From: an uncultured Bacilli bacterium
GTDB lineage: Bacteria > Bacillota_I > Bacilli_A > RF39 > UBA660
NCBI GenBank assembly: GCA_944371525.1
Contig: CALVXP010000003.1
Coordinates: forward strand, 111-64,110
Length of the DNA stretch: 64,000 nucleotides
Direction: 5' to 3'
Numbering within the stretch: the stretch's first letter is position 1; each line of letters opens with the position of its first letter. Positions 11,243 to 19,476 of the stretch are shown here, in pieces. The notes beneath the pieces are model-generated. The model saw nothing but the letters and a program-made list of their open reading frames with translations, was not told the origin of the DNA and made no database searches. The translations under genes and the position numbers were made by a program.

Positions 11243-11376
11243 ATTATCATCCTTCCTTATATACAAACAAAAAGATTCTTACAATATAAGGACGACAATG
11301 CCGCGGTTCCACCTTATTTATTCATAAGAATCCCTTTATATATACAGCTCCGAGTTTCCAACCTCATCTTCGCTCT
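11243..11376 (-). promoter_or_regulatory. T-box leader (Gly) upstream of glyQS
   Basis: The minus strand reads AAUAAGGUGGAACCGCGG (11302-11313 holds the GGUGGNACCGCG T-box core). A short 5' hairpin, AGCGAAGAUGAG-GUUGGAAA-CUCGGAGCU, exposes a GGA codon. Downstream, UCCUUAUAU (11284-11292) is complementary to AUAUAAGGA (11254-11262), which covers the RBS. Confidence 0.6.
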
Positions 11377-11930
11377 TAAATATTTAATCTTTTTTTGTAA
11401 TTAATAAATTGTGCACGCCTATCCTCTATTAATCTACAACTATCAACATATTTGCAAAAAATATTGTAATTAATAAGATCCTTTTTATTATTACTACTTT
11501 TCAACAAATATTCTCCAAATTTTATAAATAGATTAGACATATTCTCAATTTGAGCAAGAATATCAAAAGAAAAACTAGTAGAATAACTAGGAATACTAGA
11601 TCCCTTAGTAGATAAAAAATATCCATTATATTTTCTTATTACAATCATTTCCTTTTTTAATATTTTTTTGTTAACCGGCAAACAATAATTCCCGACAACA
11701 ATATATCCCGAATGTATTTTTTTACCTTGCTCATACAAAATCAATAATTGAACATGTGGGAAATTAGGTAAAACAGAAATTAATGCATATTCTTCATTTT
11801 TATAAAAAAATTCATTTTTTCTTATTAAATTATTTTTACTATTTTCTTTTATTATCTCTGTTCTAAATTTTGTAATTAAATTCATCAAATCATTATCAAT
11901 TTGTTCATGATATTCTAACATTTTGTTCAC
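11376..11930 (-). CDS. Hypothetical protein, no motif recognised
   Basis: 184-aa ORF lying between the DUF212 gene and the glyQS leader. Its 3' end abuts or overlaps the T-box leader. Confidence 0.4.
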   Translation of the reverse strand: MNKMLEYHEQIDNDLMNLITKFRTEIIKENSKNNLIRKNEFFYKNEEYALISVLPNFPHVQLLILYEQGKKIHSGYIVVGNYCLPVNKKILKKEMIVIRKYNGYFLSTKGSSIPSYSTSFSFDILAQIENMSNLFIKFGEYLLKSSNNKKDLINYNIFCKYVDSCRLIEDRRAQFINYKKRLNI

Positions 11931-11968
11931 TCCAATGACAATGATTATACCATTTTAACAATAATTTG

Positions 11969-12412
11969 TCAAATAATTATATTTTGTAACACTACTGCAA
12001 TAAATATTCCTGTTATAATACCACCTAATACTTCAATCGGTTTATGACCAATTTTTTCTTTGAGTAACACAAAACTTTCTTTTAAATTAGCTTTCTTTGC
12101 AAGAATATTAATTATTTCAGCTTGTTTTCCTGTTTCATATCTTATCCCCATAGCATCATACATTACAATTAAACTAAATATCAAACATATAGCAAATAAT
12201 TCTGAACTTAAACCATAATCTATATAAATAAGAGTAGTAAGTGAAATAACTGCTGTTGTATGTGTTGAAGGCATCCCACCTGCTCCGTTTAATAATCTTT
12301 CAAAAGAAAAATGCTTAGTACTTATTGTTTCAATAATTGTTTTTATAATTTGCGCTATTACTATTGATATTAATGGTATTATAATATATTTATACTCTTC
12401 CATATTTAACAC
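11969..12412 (-). CDS. Divergent PAP2 / DUF212 (YuiD-like) membrane protein
   Basis: GAGGMPSTHTTAV motif in a protein of about 147 aa with 4 TM segments. Confidence 0.75.
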   Translation of the reverse strand: MLNMEEYKYIIIPLISIVIAQIIKTIIETISTKHFSFERLLNGAGGMPSTHTTAVISLTTLIYIDYGLSSELFAICLIFSLIVMYDAMGIRYETGKQAEIINILAKKANLKESFVLLKEKIGHKPIEVLGGIITGIFIAVVLQNIII

Positions 12413-12415
12413 ATC

Positions 12416-13147
12416 CTAACTAATCTTATTTAAAAACTGTTTACTTTTTAAATATAAACCTGAATATCGATCATAATAATCATCGATAAACATATTTAAT
12501 TCTTTTTTTATATTCTCTGATATTTCTAATTTTTCAATCTTGGAAATGTCTACATAATAAAACATTCTTAATAATTTAATCGTTTTTATATTAACTATTT
12601 TTTCGTTATTTAGACATTTTTTGCAAAGATAGCCACCACGATAACTAGAAATAGTCACAATATCAGAAGTATTATGACAATTTACACATTTGTCTATACA
12701 TGGCCTTATTCCTAAATAATCCAACATTTTTAATTCTAAAATATTTGTGATTACTAAAGGATCAAAACCTTCATTTATTTTAATTAAACTAGCAATATAA
12801 TTAGAATATATCTCTTTATTTTGTTCATGTTTATAAACTTGATTAACTAAGTCTGTTAAATATAATGAATAACTCATTTTTATTAAGTCCTTCTTTATAT
12901 TTTTAAAACTATCAATTAAATCTACTTCAATTAATGAAGAAAGATTATCACGATAATTAATATGAAAATAACCATAGGTAAGCTTACTTGTAAGTCCCAT
13001 ATAAGGACTTTTTGGTCGCATTGCGCCTTTTGCTACTATACCAATAAGTCCTTCTTCTTTAGTTAAAACATTAATAATTTTACTTGTTTCATGATATGGT
13101 ATTTCACTTATTATTATTCCTTCTACTTTCTTTATCAAATTAATCAC
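12416..13147 (-). CDS. recO: DNA repair protein RecO
   Basis: The N-terminal OB region is followed by the CxxC...CxxC zinc motif (CVNCHN...CKKC). The gene is downstream of era. Confidence 0.88.
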   Translation of the reverse strand: MINLIKKVEGIIISEIPYHETSKIINVLTKEEGLIGIVAKGAMRPKSPYMGLTSKLTYGYFHINYRDNLSSLIEVDLIDSFKNIKKDLIKMSYSLYLTDLVNQVYKHEQNKEIYSNYIASLIKINEGFDPLVITNILELKMLDYLGIRPCIDKCVNCHNTSDIVTISSYRGGYLCKKCLNNEKIVNIKTIKLLRMFYYVDISKIEKLEISENIKKELNMFIDDYYDRYSGLYLKSKQFLNKIS

Positions 13148-13153
13148 TCTTTA

Positions 13154-13231
13154 CTACATTTTCTTATATTCTAAATAATATTCAATTTTCCCAGTTTCTT
13201 TAAACTTTTTCCATAGTTCTTTTTTTGTCAT
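13154..13231 (-). CDS. YqzL-like micro-protein (25 aa), not in the ORF track
   Basis: A GAGGTGA RBS precedes ATG...MTKKELWKKFKETGKIEYYLEYKKM*. The gene lies between era and recO, as yqzL does in Bacillus. Confidence 0.55.
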   Translation of the reverse strand: MTKKELWKKFKETGKIEYYLEYKKM

Positions 13232-13272
13232 TTTTATCACCTCTATTATATATTGAGGTAATATTATTATTT

Positions 13273-14163
13273 TTATTCATTATTAAAGTCTTTAAATCCA
13301 ATTTCATTTAATATTTTATCTCTATCACGCCATTTAGGTATTACTTTAACAAATAAATCTAAATAAACTTTTTTATTTAACAATTCTTCAATATCTTTTC
13401 TAGCCCTAATTCCTATTTCTTTTATCATACTTCCATTTTTGCCAATGATTATCTTTTTTAAATTATCTCTATCTACTATAATAGATGCATTAATTATAAT
13501 AGCGTTATTATCCTCTTCAATATTTTCAACAATGCAAGTAGTAGAATGAGGAACTTCTTCATTGGTAAGTTGTAATACTTTTTCTCTAATATACTCACTT
13601 ATCATAAAAGTAACATCTACATTAGTAACTGTATTATCATCAAAATATTTTATTGTATCTGGTAAATATTTTTTTAACACATCTATTAAATGACTTACAT
13701 TTTCTCTTTTTAATGCTGAAACAGGAACTATTTCATCAAAATTATATAAATCTTTATATTCATCTATTTTTAATAATATTTCCTCTTTAGGTAATTTATC
13801 AATTTTATTTAAAATTAATATTACTGGTTTATTAATTTCTTTAAACATTTCTATTATAAATTTATCACCAGGTCCTAATTTTTCAGTTATATCTACCAAA
13901 AACAAAATAATATCTACATCATTTATTGAGAAGAACGCTTGTTTATTTAATACCTTGCCTAATTTATGCTTAGGTTTATGTATTCCTGGGGTATCTACAA
14001 ATACCATTTGAACTTCCCCATCAGTATATATTCCTTGTATATTATTTCTTGTTGTTTGAGGTTTATTTGAAGTAATTGCTACTTTTCTTCCAATTATACT
14101 ATTTAATAATGTACTTTTTCCAACATTAGGTCTTCCTACTAATCCAATAAATCCACTTTTCAT
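13273..14163 (-). CDS. era: GTPase Era
   Basis: GRPNVGKSTL, DTPG and NKID G-motifs are followed by a C-terminal KH domain. Confidence 0.95.
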   Translation of the reverse strand: MKSGFIGLVGRPNVGKSTLLNSIIGRKVAITSNKPQTTRNNIQGIYTDGEVQMVFVDTPGIHKPKHKLGKVLNKQAFFSINDVDIILFLVDITEKLGPGDKFIIEMFKEINKPVILILNKIDKLPKEEILLKIDEYKDLYNFDEIVPVSALKRENVSHLIDVLKKYLPDTIKYFDDNTVTNVDVTFMISEYIREKVLQLTNEEVPHSTTCIVENIEEDNNAIIINASIIVDRDNLKKIIIGKNGSMIKEIGIRARKDIEELLNKKVYLDLFVKVIPKWRDRDKILNEIGFKDFNNE

Positions 14164-14177
14164 AAAACCCTCCAGAA

Positions 14178-14567
14178 TTAAACACTCAAATCTTCACTGT
14201 CAAATGGTAATGGACATAATTCATTTTTAGTATATGTCTTATTTTCACCTTGATTATTATATAATATTATTTCTGTATCATTGTTAAAAAATTCACTAAA
14301 TACTTGCCTACACATAAAACAACAACTACTTATTTTAGGACTATCTACCATTACATGTAGTTTTTTAAAGTCACCTTTCCTGTAACCATCACTTACTGCT
14401 TTAAATATAGCTACTCTCTCAGCGCATACAGTTGCCCCATATGATGAATTTTCTATGTTAACACCAGTATAAACATTACCATCAATAGTTTCTAAAATTG
14501 CACTTACTCTAAAATTTGAATATGGTGCATAAGATTTATTTAATAATTCCAATAATTTATCTTTCAT
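14178..14567 (-). CDS. cdd: Cytidine deaminase
   Basis: CAERVAI...CCFMCRQ zinc ligand motifs in a 129-aa protein. Confidence 0.9.
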   Translation of the reverse strand: MKDKLLELLNKSYAPYSNFRVSAILETIDGNVYTGVNIENSSYGATVCAERVAIFKAVSDGYRKGDFKKLHVMVDSPKISSCCFMCRQVFSEFFNNDTEIILYNNQGENKTYTKNELCPLPFDSEDLSV

Positions 14568-14941
14568 TTTATTACCTCCATTATTTTAGGTACAAATATA
14601 AGTATTCCTATAACTAAAGAAAATATAGACGCTGTAAATACCGCAGCTGCTGCTACATCTTTACAAGCTTTAGCTATTTTATTATATTCTTGAGTATATA
14701 AGTCTACTACTGACTCAAATGCAGTATTAAGTAGTTCTAATACTAAAACCAAATTAATAAGAAGTACTACTACTACCCACTCTAATATTGATATTTTAAG
14801 TAAAAAACTTAATATTACTGCTATTATACCCAATATTGTTTCTATTCTAAAATTTCTTTCATTTTTAAAAGTATAAGATATTCCTTCTAAACAGTATCTA
14901 ACACCACGAAGAAAAGATTTATCTTTGTATTTCGTATGCAT
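14564..14941 (-). CDS. dgkA: Diacylglycerol/undecaprenol kinase family protein
   Basis: 125 aa with 3 TM segments. It contains a NERNFRIE-type N-terminal motif and ...LNTAFESVVD.... Confidence 0.85.
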   Translation of the reverse strand: MHTKYKDKSFLRGVRYCLEGISYTFKNERNFRIETILGIIAVILSFLLKISILEWVVVVLLINLVLVLELLNTAFESVVDLYTQEYNKIAKACKDVAAAAVFTASIFSLVIGILIFVPKIMEVIK

Positions 14942-15371
14942 TAAGTAACTCCTCCTGTCTTTTAAACATTATTTTTTCTTCTTCTTCATTCATGTGATCA
15001 TAACCAAGTAAATGAAGAATACCATGAGTTGCTAAAAAACATAATTCTCTTTTTACAGAATGTCCATATAATTCTGCTTGTTCATAAGTTTTATCAATTG
15101 ATATATATATATCCCCTAAAATTCTAAATTCCATTCCTTTTACATTATCTTCATTATCTTCTAATGCAAAAGTTATTACATCTGTTTCTCTATCAATATT
15201 ACGATATTTACTATTAATTTCTTTAATTTCTTTATTATCTATTAAAATAATATTAAAAAGACAATTTTCTAAGTTTTCTTCCTTGACAACAAAATCAATA
15301 TAACCTTGTAATATATCTAATTCTCTAATTTCTTTATTATAATTATTTATTATTTCAAACATTAAATCCAC
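14919..15371 (-). CDS. ybeY: rRNA maturation endoribonuclease YbeY
   Basis: HGILHLLGYDH metal-binding motif. Confidence 0.93.
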   Translation of the reverse strand: MDLMFEIINNYNKEIRELDILQGYIDFVVKEENLENCLFNIILIDNKEIKEINSKYRNIDRETDVITFALEDNEDNVKGMEFRILGDIYISIDKTYEQAELYGHSVKRELCFLATHGILHLLGYDHMNEEEEKIMFKRQEELLNAYEIQR

Positions 15372-15991
15372 CCTAACTTATACAATCCAAATATATTTAT
15401 ATTAAATAAATATACAACCATTAAAATTATTAATATTATTACTACTAAATTTAAAAACCAATTACTACTAAATACTTTTGGTAATTTAGATTGTATAGCA
15501 TCCAATCCTACAAATAATAGAAATCCTACTATACCTCCTACTAAATTTAATATAATATCATCAATATCAAAGACTCTTCCTATGTACATTTGAACAAATT
15601 CAATTGTTGTTGATACAATAAGTGTAAGAAAAGCGATCGTTCCAAACTTTCTATTTTTTAAATAATACGAAGCAAAGAATCCATACGGTATAAACATAAC
15701 AATATTACCAACAATATTTCTTATAAATTTATAACTTCCTACATCATATCTAAGAATTTCTTTAAATGGTATAAAATTATTTGTTCCATAGTTTACATCT
15801 TGAAAAGTAACTACATGGAATAAACATAATATATATACCATAAACATTAAACCTAATAACTCTCTATATAAACAAAAACCTTTTTTATTTTTAGTTACAT
15901 ATGCAAGTCTCAATGTTGATACTATTACTGTAATAATTATTACCATTGGCCAAATATCTGGTAATATATCATAAATTACATCTCTTACCAT
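15362..15991 (-). CDS. VanZ-like membrane protein
   Basis: 209 aa and polytopic, with a NIVMFIPYGFF VanZ-type motif. Confidence 0.7.
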   Translation of the reverse strand: MVRDVIYDILPDIWPMVIIITVIVSTLRLAYVTKNKKGFCLYRELLGLMFMVYILCLFHVVTFQDVNYGTNNFIPFKEILRYDVGSYKFIRNIVGNIVMFIPYGFFASYYLKNRKFGTIAFLTLIVSTTIEFVQMYIGRVFDIDDIILNLVGGIVGFLLFVGLDAIQSKLPKVFSSNWFLNLVVIILIILMVVYLFNINIFGLYKLGWI

Positions 15992-16088
15992 CTAAAACAA
16001 CCTCCAATTTATCTATGTTAATTTTACTACATTTTTATTTTTTTGTATACCTTTTAAAAAGAAAAAAATATTAGTTTTACCTAATATT

Positions 16089-16595
16089 TTATTTTTCTTC
16101 TTTTTTAGTTGTTTTTTTAGCAGTAGTATCCTTTTTAGTTGTTTCTTTCTTTTCAGTAGTTTTCTTTTCTTTAACTTCTACTTTTTCTTCTGATTTCTTT
16201 TCTGCTTTAGTTTCTGATGCTTTTGGTTCATATTTTTTACCATTTAAAGCATCTTTTGCAATTTTAACCATTTCTGTAAATGATGCACTGTCATTAATTG
16301 CAATTTCACTTAACATTTTTCTATTAATTTCAATACCTGCTTTATTTAATCCTTCAATAAATCTAGAATATGAAATTTCATTTTCTCTACAAGCAGCATT
16401 AATTCTTGTAATCCATAATTTTCTAAAGTTTCTCTTATTTTGTCTTCTATCTCTAAATGCATATTGTCCTGAATGCATTAATTGTTCGTGAGCAGTTTTA
16501 TATAATCTATGTTTACTACCAAAATAACCTTTTGCTTCTTTTAATACTTTTTTTCTTCTAGCACGTGCTACTGTGCCACCTTTAACTCTTGTCAT
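16089..16595 (-). CDS. rplT: 50S ribosomal protein L20 with a Lys/Glu/Thr-rich C-terminal extension of about 48 aa
   Basis: The protein starts [19 protein letters not shown].... The usual core of about 118 aa is followed by [25 protein letters not shown].... Confidence 0.95.
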   Translation of the reverse strand: MTRVKGGTVARARRKKVLKEAKGYFGSKHRLYKTAHEQLMHSGQYAFRDRRQNKRNFRKLWITRINAACRENEISYSRFIEGLNKAGIEINRKMLSEIAINDSASFTEMVKIAKDALNGKKYEPKASETKAEKKSEEKVEVKEKKTTEKKETTKKDTTAKKTTKKEEK

Positions 16596-16613
16596 ACTGT
16601 TTCCTCCTTAATA

Positions 16614-16817
16614 CTATATTAAATCTTTAATTCTCTTATAATCAGATTTGTGTAATGTGCTTCCATTTCTTTTTTGTCTTGCTCTTTTTGATGAGTTTTT
16701 ACCTGTATTATGTAATATTCCTTGTCTTGTAATTTTAATAGAACCACTTTTTCTTTTTCTAAATACTTTTGCACTTGCTTTATGAGTTTTCATTTTATTT
16801 TTCTTAACTTTTGCCAT
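16614..16817 (-). CDS. rpmI: 50S ribosomal protein L35
   Basis: MKTHKASAKVF-type sequence, located between infC and rplT. Confidence 0.93.
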   Translation of the reverse strand: MAKVKKNKMKTHKASAKVFRKRKSGSIKITRQGILHNTGKNSSKRARQKRNGSTLHKSDYKRIKDLI

Positions 16818-16831
16818 AATAAGTCCTCCTT

Positions 16832-17353
16832 CTATTTTTTAGGTGTTAATTGCATAAAAATACTTCTACCCTCAAATTTAGGTTGAATTTCTACTTCTGA
16901 TATATCAGAAAGTTCATTACTAAATTTTTCTAGAACTTCTTTAGCAAGTTCTGGATGGGCAATTTGACGGCCTTTAAAGCGAATACTAGCTTTAATTTTT
17001 GAACCTTTTTCTAAGTTTTTACGAGCATTTCTTACACGAGTATCAAAATCATGTTTATCAATTGTTACTGATAATCTAAATTCTTTAGTATCTACAATTG
17101 TTTCTCTTTGCTTTTTCATAGCTTCTTTACTTTTTTTCTTCTTTTCATAACGGAATTTATTATAGTCCATTATTTTACATACCGGCGGATTAGAATTTTC
17201 ACTCATAAGTACTAAATCAAATCCTGCATAGTTTGCTAATGTTAAAGCATCTTGTCTACTCTTTAATCCTAATTGTTCTCCATTTGGTCCAATAACCATC
17301 ATTTCCTTACATCTGATTTGCTCATTTATAAGGTTTAACTTTTCTTTTGCGAT
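16832..17353 (-). CDS. infC: Translation initiation factor IF-3, probably starting at a non-AUG (AUC) codon
   Basis: ...LINEQIRCKEMMVIGPNGEQLG...; the C-terminal domain is present. The track's TTG start lies inside the leader terminator hairpin. A GGAGG RBS sits 8 nt before the in-frame ATC at 17351-17353. Confidence 0.85.
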   Translation of the reverse strand: MAKEKLNLINEQIRCKEMMVIGPNGEQLGLKSRQDALTLANYAGFDLVLMSENSNPPVCKIMDYNKFRYEKKKKSKEAMKKQRETIVDTKEFRLSVTIDKHDFDTRVRNARKNLEKGSKIKASIRFKGRQIAHPELAKEVLEKFSNELSDISEVEIQPKFEGRSIFMQLTPKK

Positions 17354-17493
17354 ATTAAACACCTCCATAAACAAAAATGAATACAAGAACTGTATTCACT
17401 CACACCAAAAAAACATTTTAAATATTTTTAGGCTTTTTACCTATTGCTATTGGCAATCAGGTGAGACAAATACATCTTCTTTCCGTTTGTTCG
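17354..17493 (-). promoter_or_regulatory. L20-type autoregulatory leader with an attenuator hairpin
   Basis: A leader of about 140 nt lies between the consensus promoter and the infC RBS. It ends in GAAUACA-GUUCU-UGUAUUC (17379-17397) followed by AUUUUUGUUU. The position matches the Firmicute infC-rpmI-rplT leader. Confidence 0.55.
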
Positions 17494-17499
17494 CTATCA

Positions 17500-17528
17500 A
17501 TTATATAGTAAATTATCGTAATTGTCAA
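17500..17528 (-). promoter_or_regulatory. SigA-type promoter of infC-rpmI-rplT
   Basis: On the minus strand: TTGACA (17523-17528), 17-nt spacer, TATAAT (17500-17505). Confidence 0.6.
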
Positions 17529-17606
17529 CTATTATATTTAACTTTTTATTCTTTTTATTAATTAACCTATTATATATTATCGAATATAATATATTAGGTG
17601 ATAACT

Positions 17607-17810
17607 ATGTTTAATCGTTTTCTAGGATTATTAAGAGTATATATTGGATTTCGTCTTCTTGCATTAATTGGATGTGTAATTTTATCGATAATTATCACAT
17701 ACCAATTGATTTTAACTTTATTTATTCCTTGCTTCTATAATGTCATAATAGTACTAATATTATATCTAATATTTTTATCTTTACTATGTTGGACCATTTT
17801 TGGATTTTAA
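17607..17810 (+). CDS. Hypothetical small two-TM membrane protein
   Basis: An AGGTGA RBS lies 5 nt before the ATG at 17607. The product is hydrophobic and its 3' end overlaps the convergent gene. Support is weak. Confidence 0.3.
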   Translation: MFNRFLGLLRVYIGFRLLALIGCVILSIIITYQLILTLFIPCFYNVIIVLILYLIFLSLLCWTIFGF

Positions 17811-18698
17811 TTTATTATTATATTGTGAAATTAAATCATCAGTTTTGTATATATAATCTAATACTTTACGATGTTTTTTACACAAATTGTATTCTCTTTC
17901 ATTTACTTCTATCTTCGGAGGAATAGCCATATATATAAATAAAAGCAGTCTTTCATCTTCGGTCAATCTATATCTACTCTCATACATTAAAAACAGCTCA
18001 CTAAAATCAAAATCTAAATAATGATTTTTATAAAACATCAATAAATCATATATTGGACTATCAATCTTACTTTTATTCCAACTAATAAAATATGGTTTAT
18101 CTTTTTTTAAATAATGATCTATACTTATATTATTATGAATATTTACAACTCGCATTTTTTTCTTATCTTTTATCTTTTCATACCATTTTTCTAAACTATA
18201 ATGACAATAATTTAACATTCCATATATTTTACCAATATTCCTTGCTATTAAATAGTCACTTGGTGACATATATATATTTGTTTCAATTACTGTTATTAAA
18301 TCGGTGTAATAATTATTTAAATATTTTATTCTACCATCTAATTCTTCATATATCTCTTTATAATAATCAAAATCGACTTCTTTATAAAAAGTAGTTTTAC
18401 TATGTAAAAGCGTCAATAAATTTATTATATCTACAGCTTTTTGTTCAATTGGTTCATTATAGTCTTCAATATATTCATACATTTCATATTTATCATTTTC
18501 ATCTATTTTTTCTGGATAATAATCGAAAGCTCTGGATGCCAAATATTTATAAACATTATCTATATTCCTATTATTACCTTTCTTTTTAAATACAAAAGAC
18601 CCTTTTTCCGTATCTATTATCCTAACATTATTTTTGATCGTTAGTCTCTTCGGAACAAGGGCGTTTTTCTTTACTATACTTCTTATTTCTTTATCCAT
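17784..18698 (-). CDS. CotS/YsxE-like spore-coat kinase-fold protein (kinase motif looks degenerate)
   Basis: 304 aa with an APH/CotS-like layout. IHNNISIDH occupies the place where HGDxxxxN is expected. The gene is immediately downstream of the SpoVID-like gene, as ysxE is in Bacillus. Confidence 0.55.
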   Translation of the reverse strand: MDKEIRSIVKKNALVPKRLTIKNNVRIIDTEKGSFVFKKKGNNRNIDNVYKYLASRAFDYYPEKIDENDKYEMYEYIEDYNEPIEQKAVDIINLLTLLHSKTTFYKEVDFDYYKEIYEELDGRIKYLNNYYTDLITVIETNIYMSPSDYLIARNIGKIYGMLNYCHYSLEKWYEKIKDKKKMRVVNIHNNISIDHYLKKDKPYFISWNKSKIDSPIYDLLMFYKNHYLDFDFSELFLMYESRYRLTEDERLLLFIYMAIPPKIEVNEREYNLCKKHRKVLDYIYKTDDLISQYNNKLKSKNGPT

Positions 18699-19437
18699 TA
18701 AGTGGTGTCGGAATAATTACTTTATCACCTGGTTTTATATTACTAAGATCGTTATAATCTGCTAAATCATCTTTACTTACATTGTATTTAGCCATAATCT
18801 TATCAATTGTATCATCTTCTTTTACAATATAAACATGATATGTTGAATAAGTTTCACCACTATCTAAATTATCAAATAAACTATTTTTTATTTCTGAAAT
18901 ACTACCATTAACATTATTATTAATGTTTACATTCTCCACATTAAGTTCAACTTCCTTTTCTTCTTCATTAGACTCTCTTACTTCTTCTTTTAACTCTTTT
19001 TCTTCTTTTTTATTATATATAATACTATTTACAATTTCTGGTTCTTCTTTTATTAATTCTTTTACATTTTCTTTAACTTCTTTTAAAGGTACTTCTTCTG
19101 CTTTAACTAAATCTCCTTCAATATATAAAATAATTTTTACTTTTAATATATCATTATTAACAACACTATAATTAAAGTCATCAATATCTACTACCATATT
19201 GTTTGTATCATATCTAGAATCTAACGCTATATCAAAAGGAATTGTATATTCAAATTTTTCACGATTAATACTTCCTTCAGTCATTTTATATTCTCCAGAT
19301 ATAATAAATTTACCTGTTATCAAATCATCAGCTTCCATTTTATAATTGTGTTCAATTGATATTGCAGTTATTTCACAAACTTTAGTTTTAAATACTAATT
19401 CTTTTTCAAATGGTATAATTTTTTTCATATAATCCAC
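18691..19437 (-). CDS. SpoVID-like protein (N-terminal SPOCS/DUF3794-like region, acidic linker, C-terminal LysM)
   Basis: The C-terminal LysM reads YHVYIVKEDDTIDKIMAKYNVSKDDLADYNDLSNIKPGDKVIIP. The middle of the protein is Glu/Lys-rich. Confidence 0.6.
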   Translation of the reverse strand: MDYMKKIIPFEKELVFKTKVCEITAISIEHNYKMEADDLITGKFIISGEYKMTEGSINREKFEYTIPFDIALDSRYDTNNMVVDIDDFNYSVVNNDILKVKIILYIEGDLVKAEEVPLKEVKENVKELIKEEPEIVNSIIYNKKEEKELKEEVRESNEEEKEVELNVENVNINNNVNGSISEIKNSLFDNLDSGETYSTYHVYIVKEDDTIDKIMAKYNVSKDDLADYNDLSNIKPGDKVIIPTPLNG

Positions 19438-19476
19438 CCTTTCCTAATTAAAAGTATGAAAAAAGAGTAATTAATA

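Noticed and set aside
17354-17386. The N-terminal extensions proposed by the ORF track for infC (TTG at 17386). The same type of problem occurs for glyQS (TTG at 11266), lepA (GTG at 57366), merR (TTG at 32242), the small HAD (GTG at 38838), the GGDEF protein (GTG at 49437) and others.
   Set aside because: In each case the alternative start lies inside the Shine-Dalgarno sequence or inside a leader hairpin. A better-spaced start follows, and it matches the expected N-terminus of the family.
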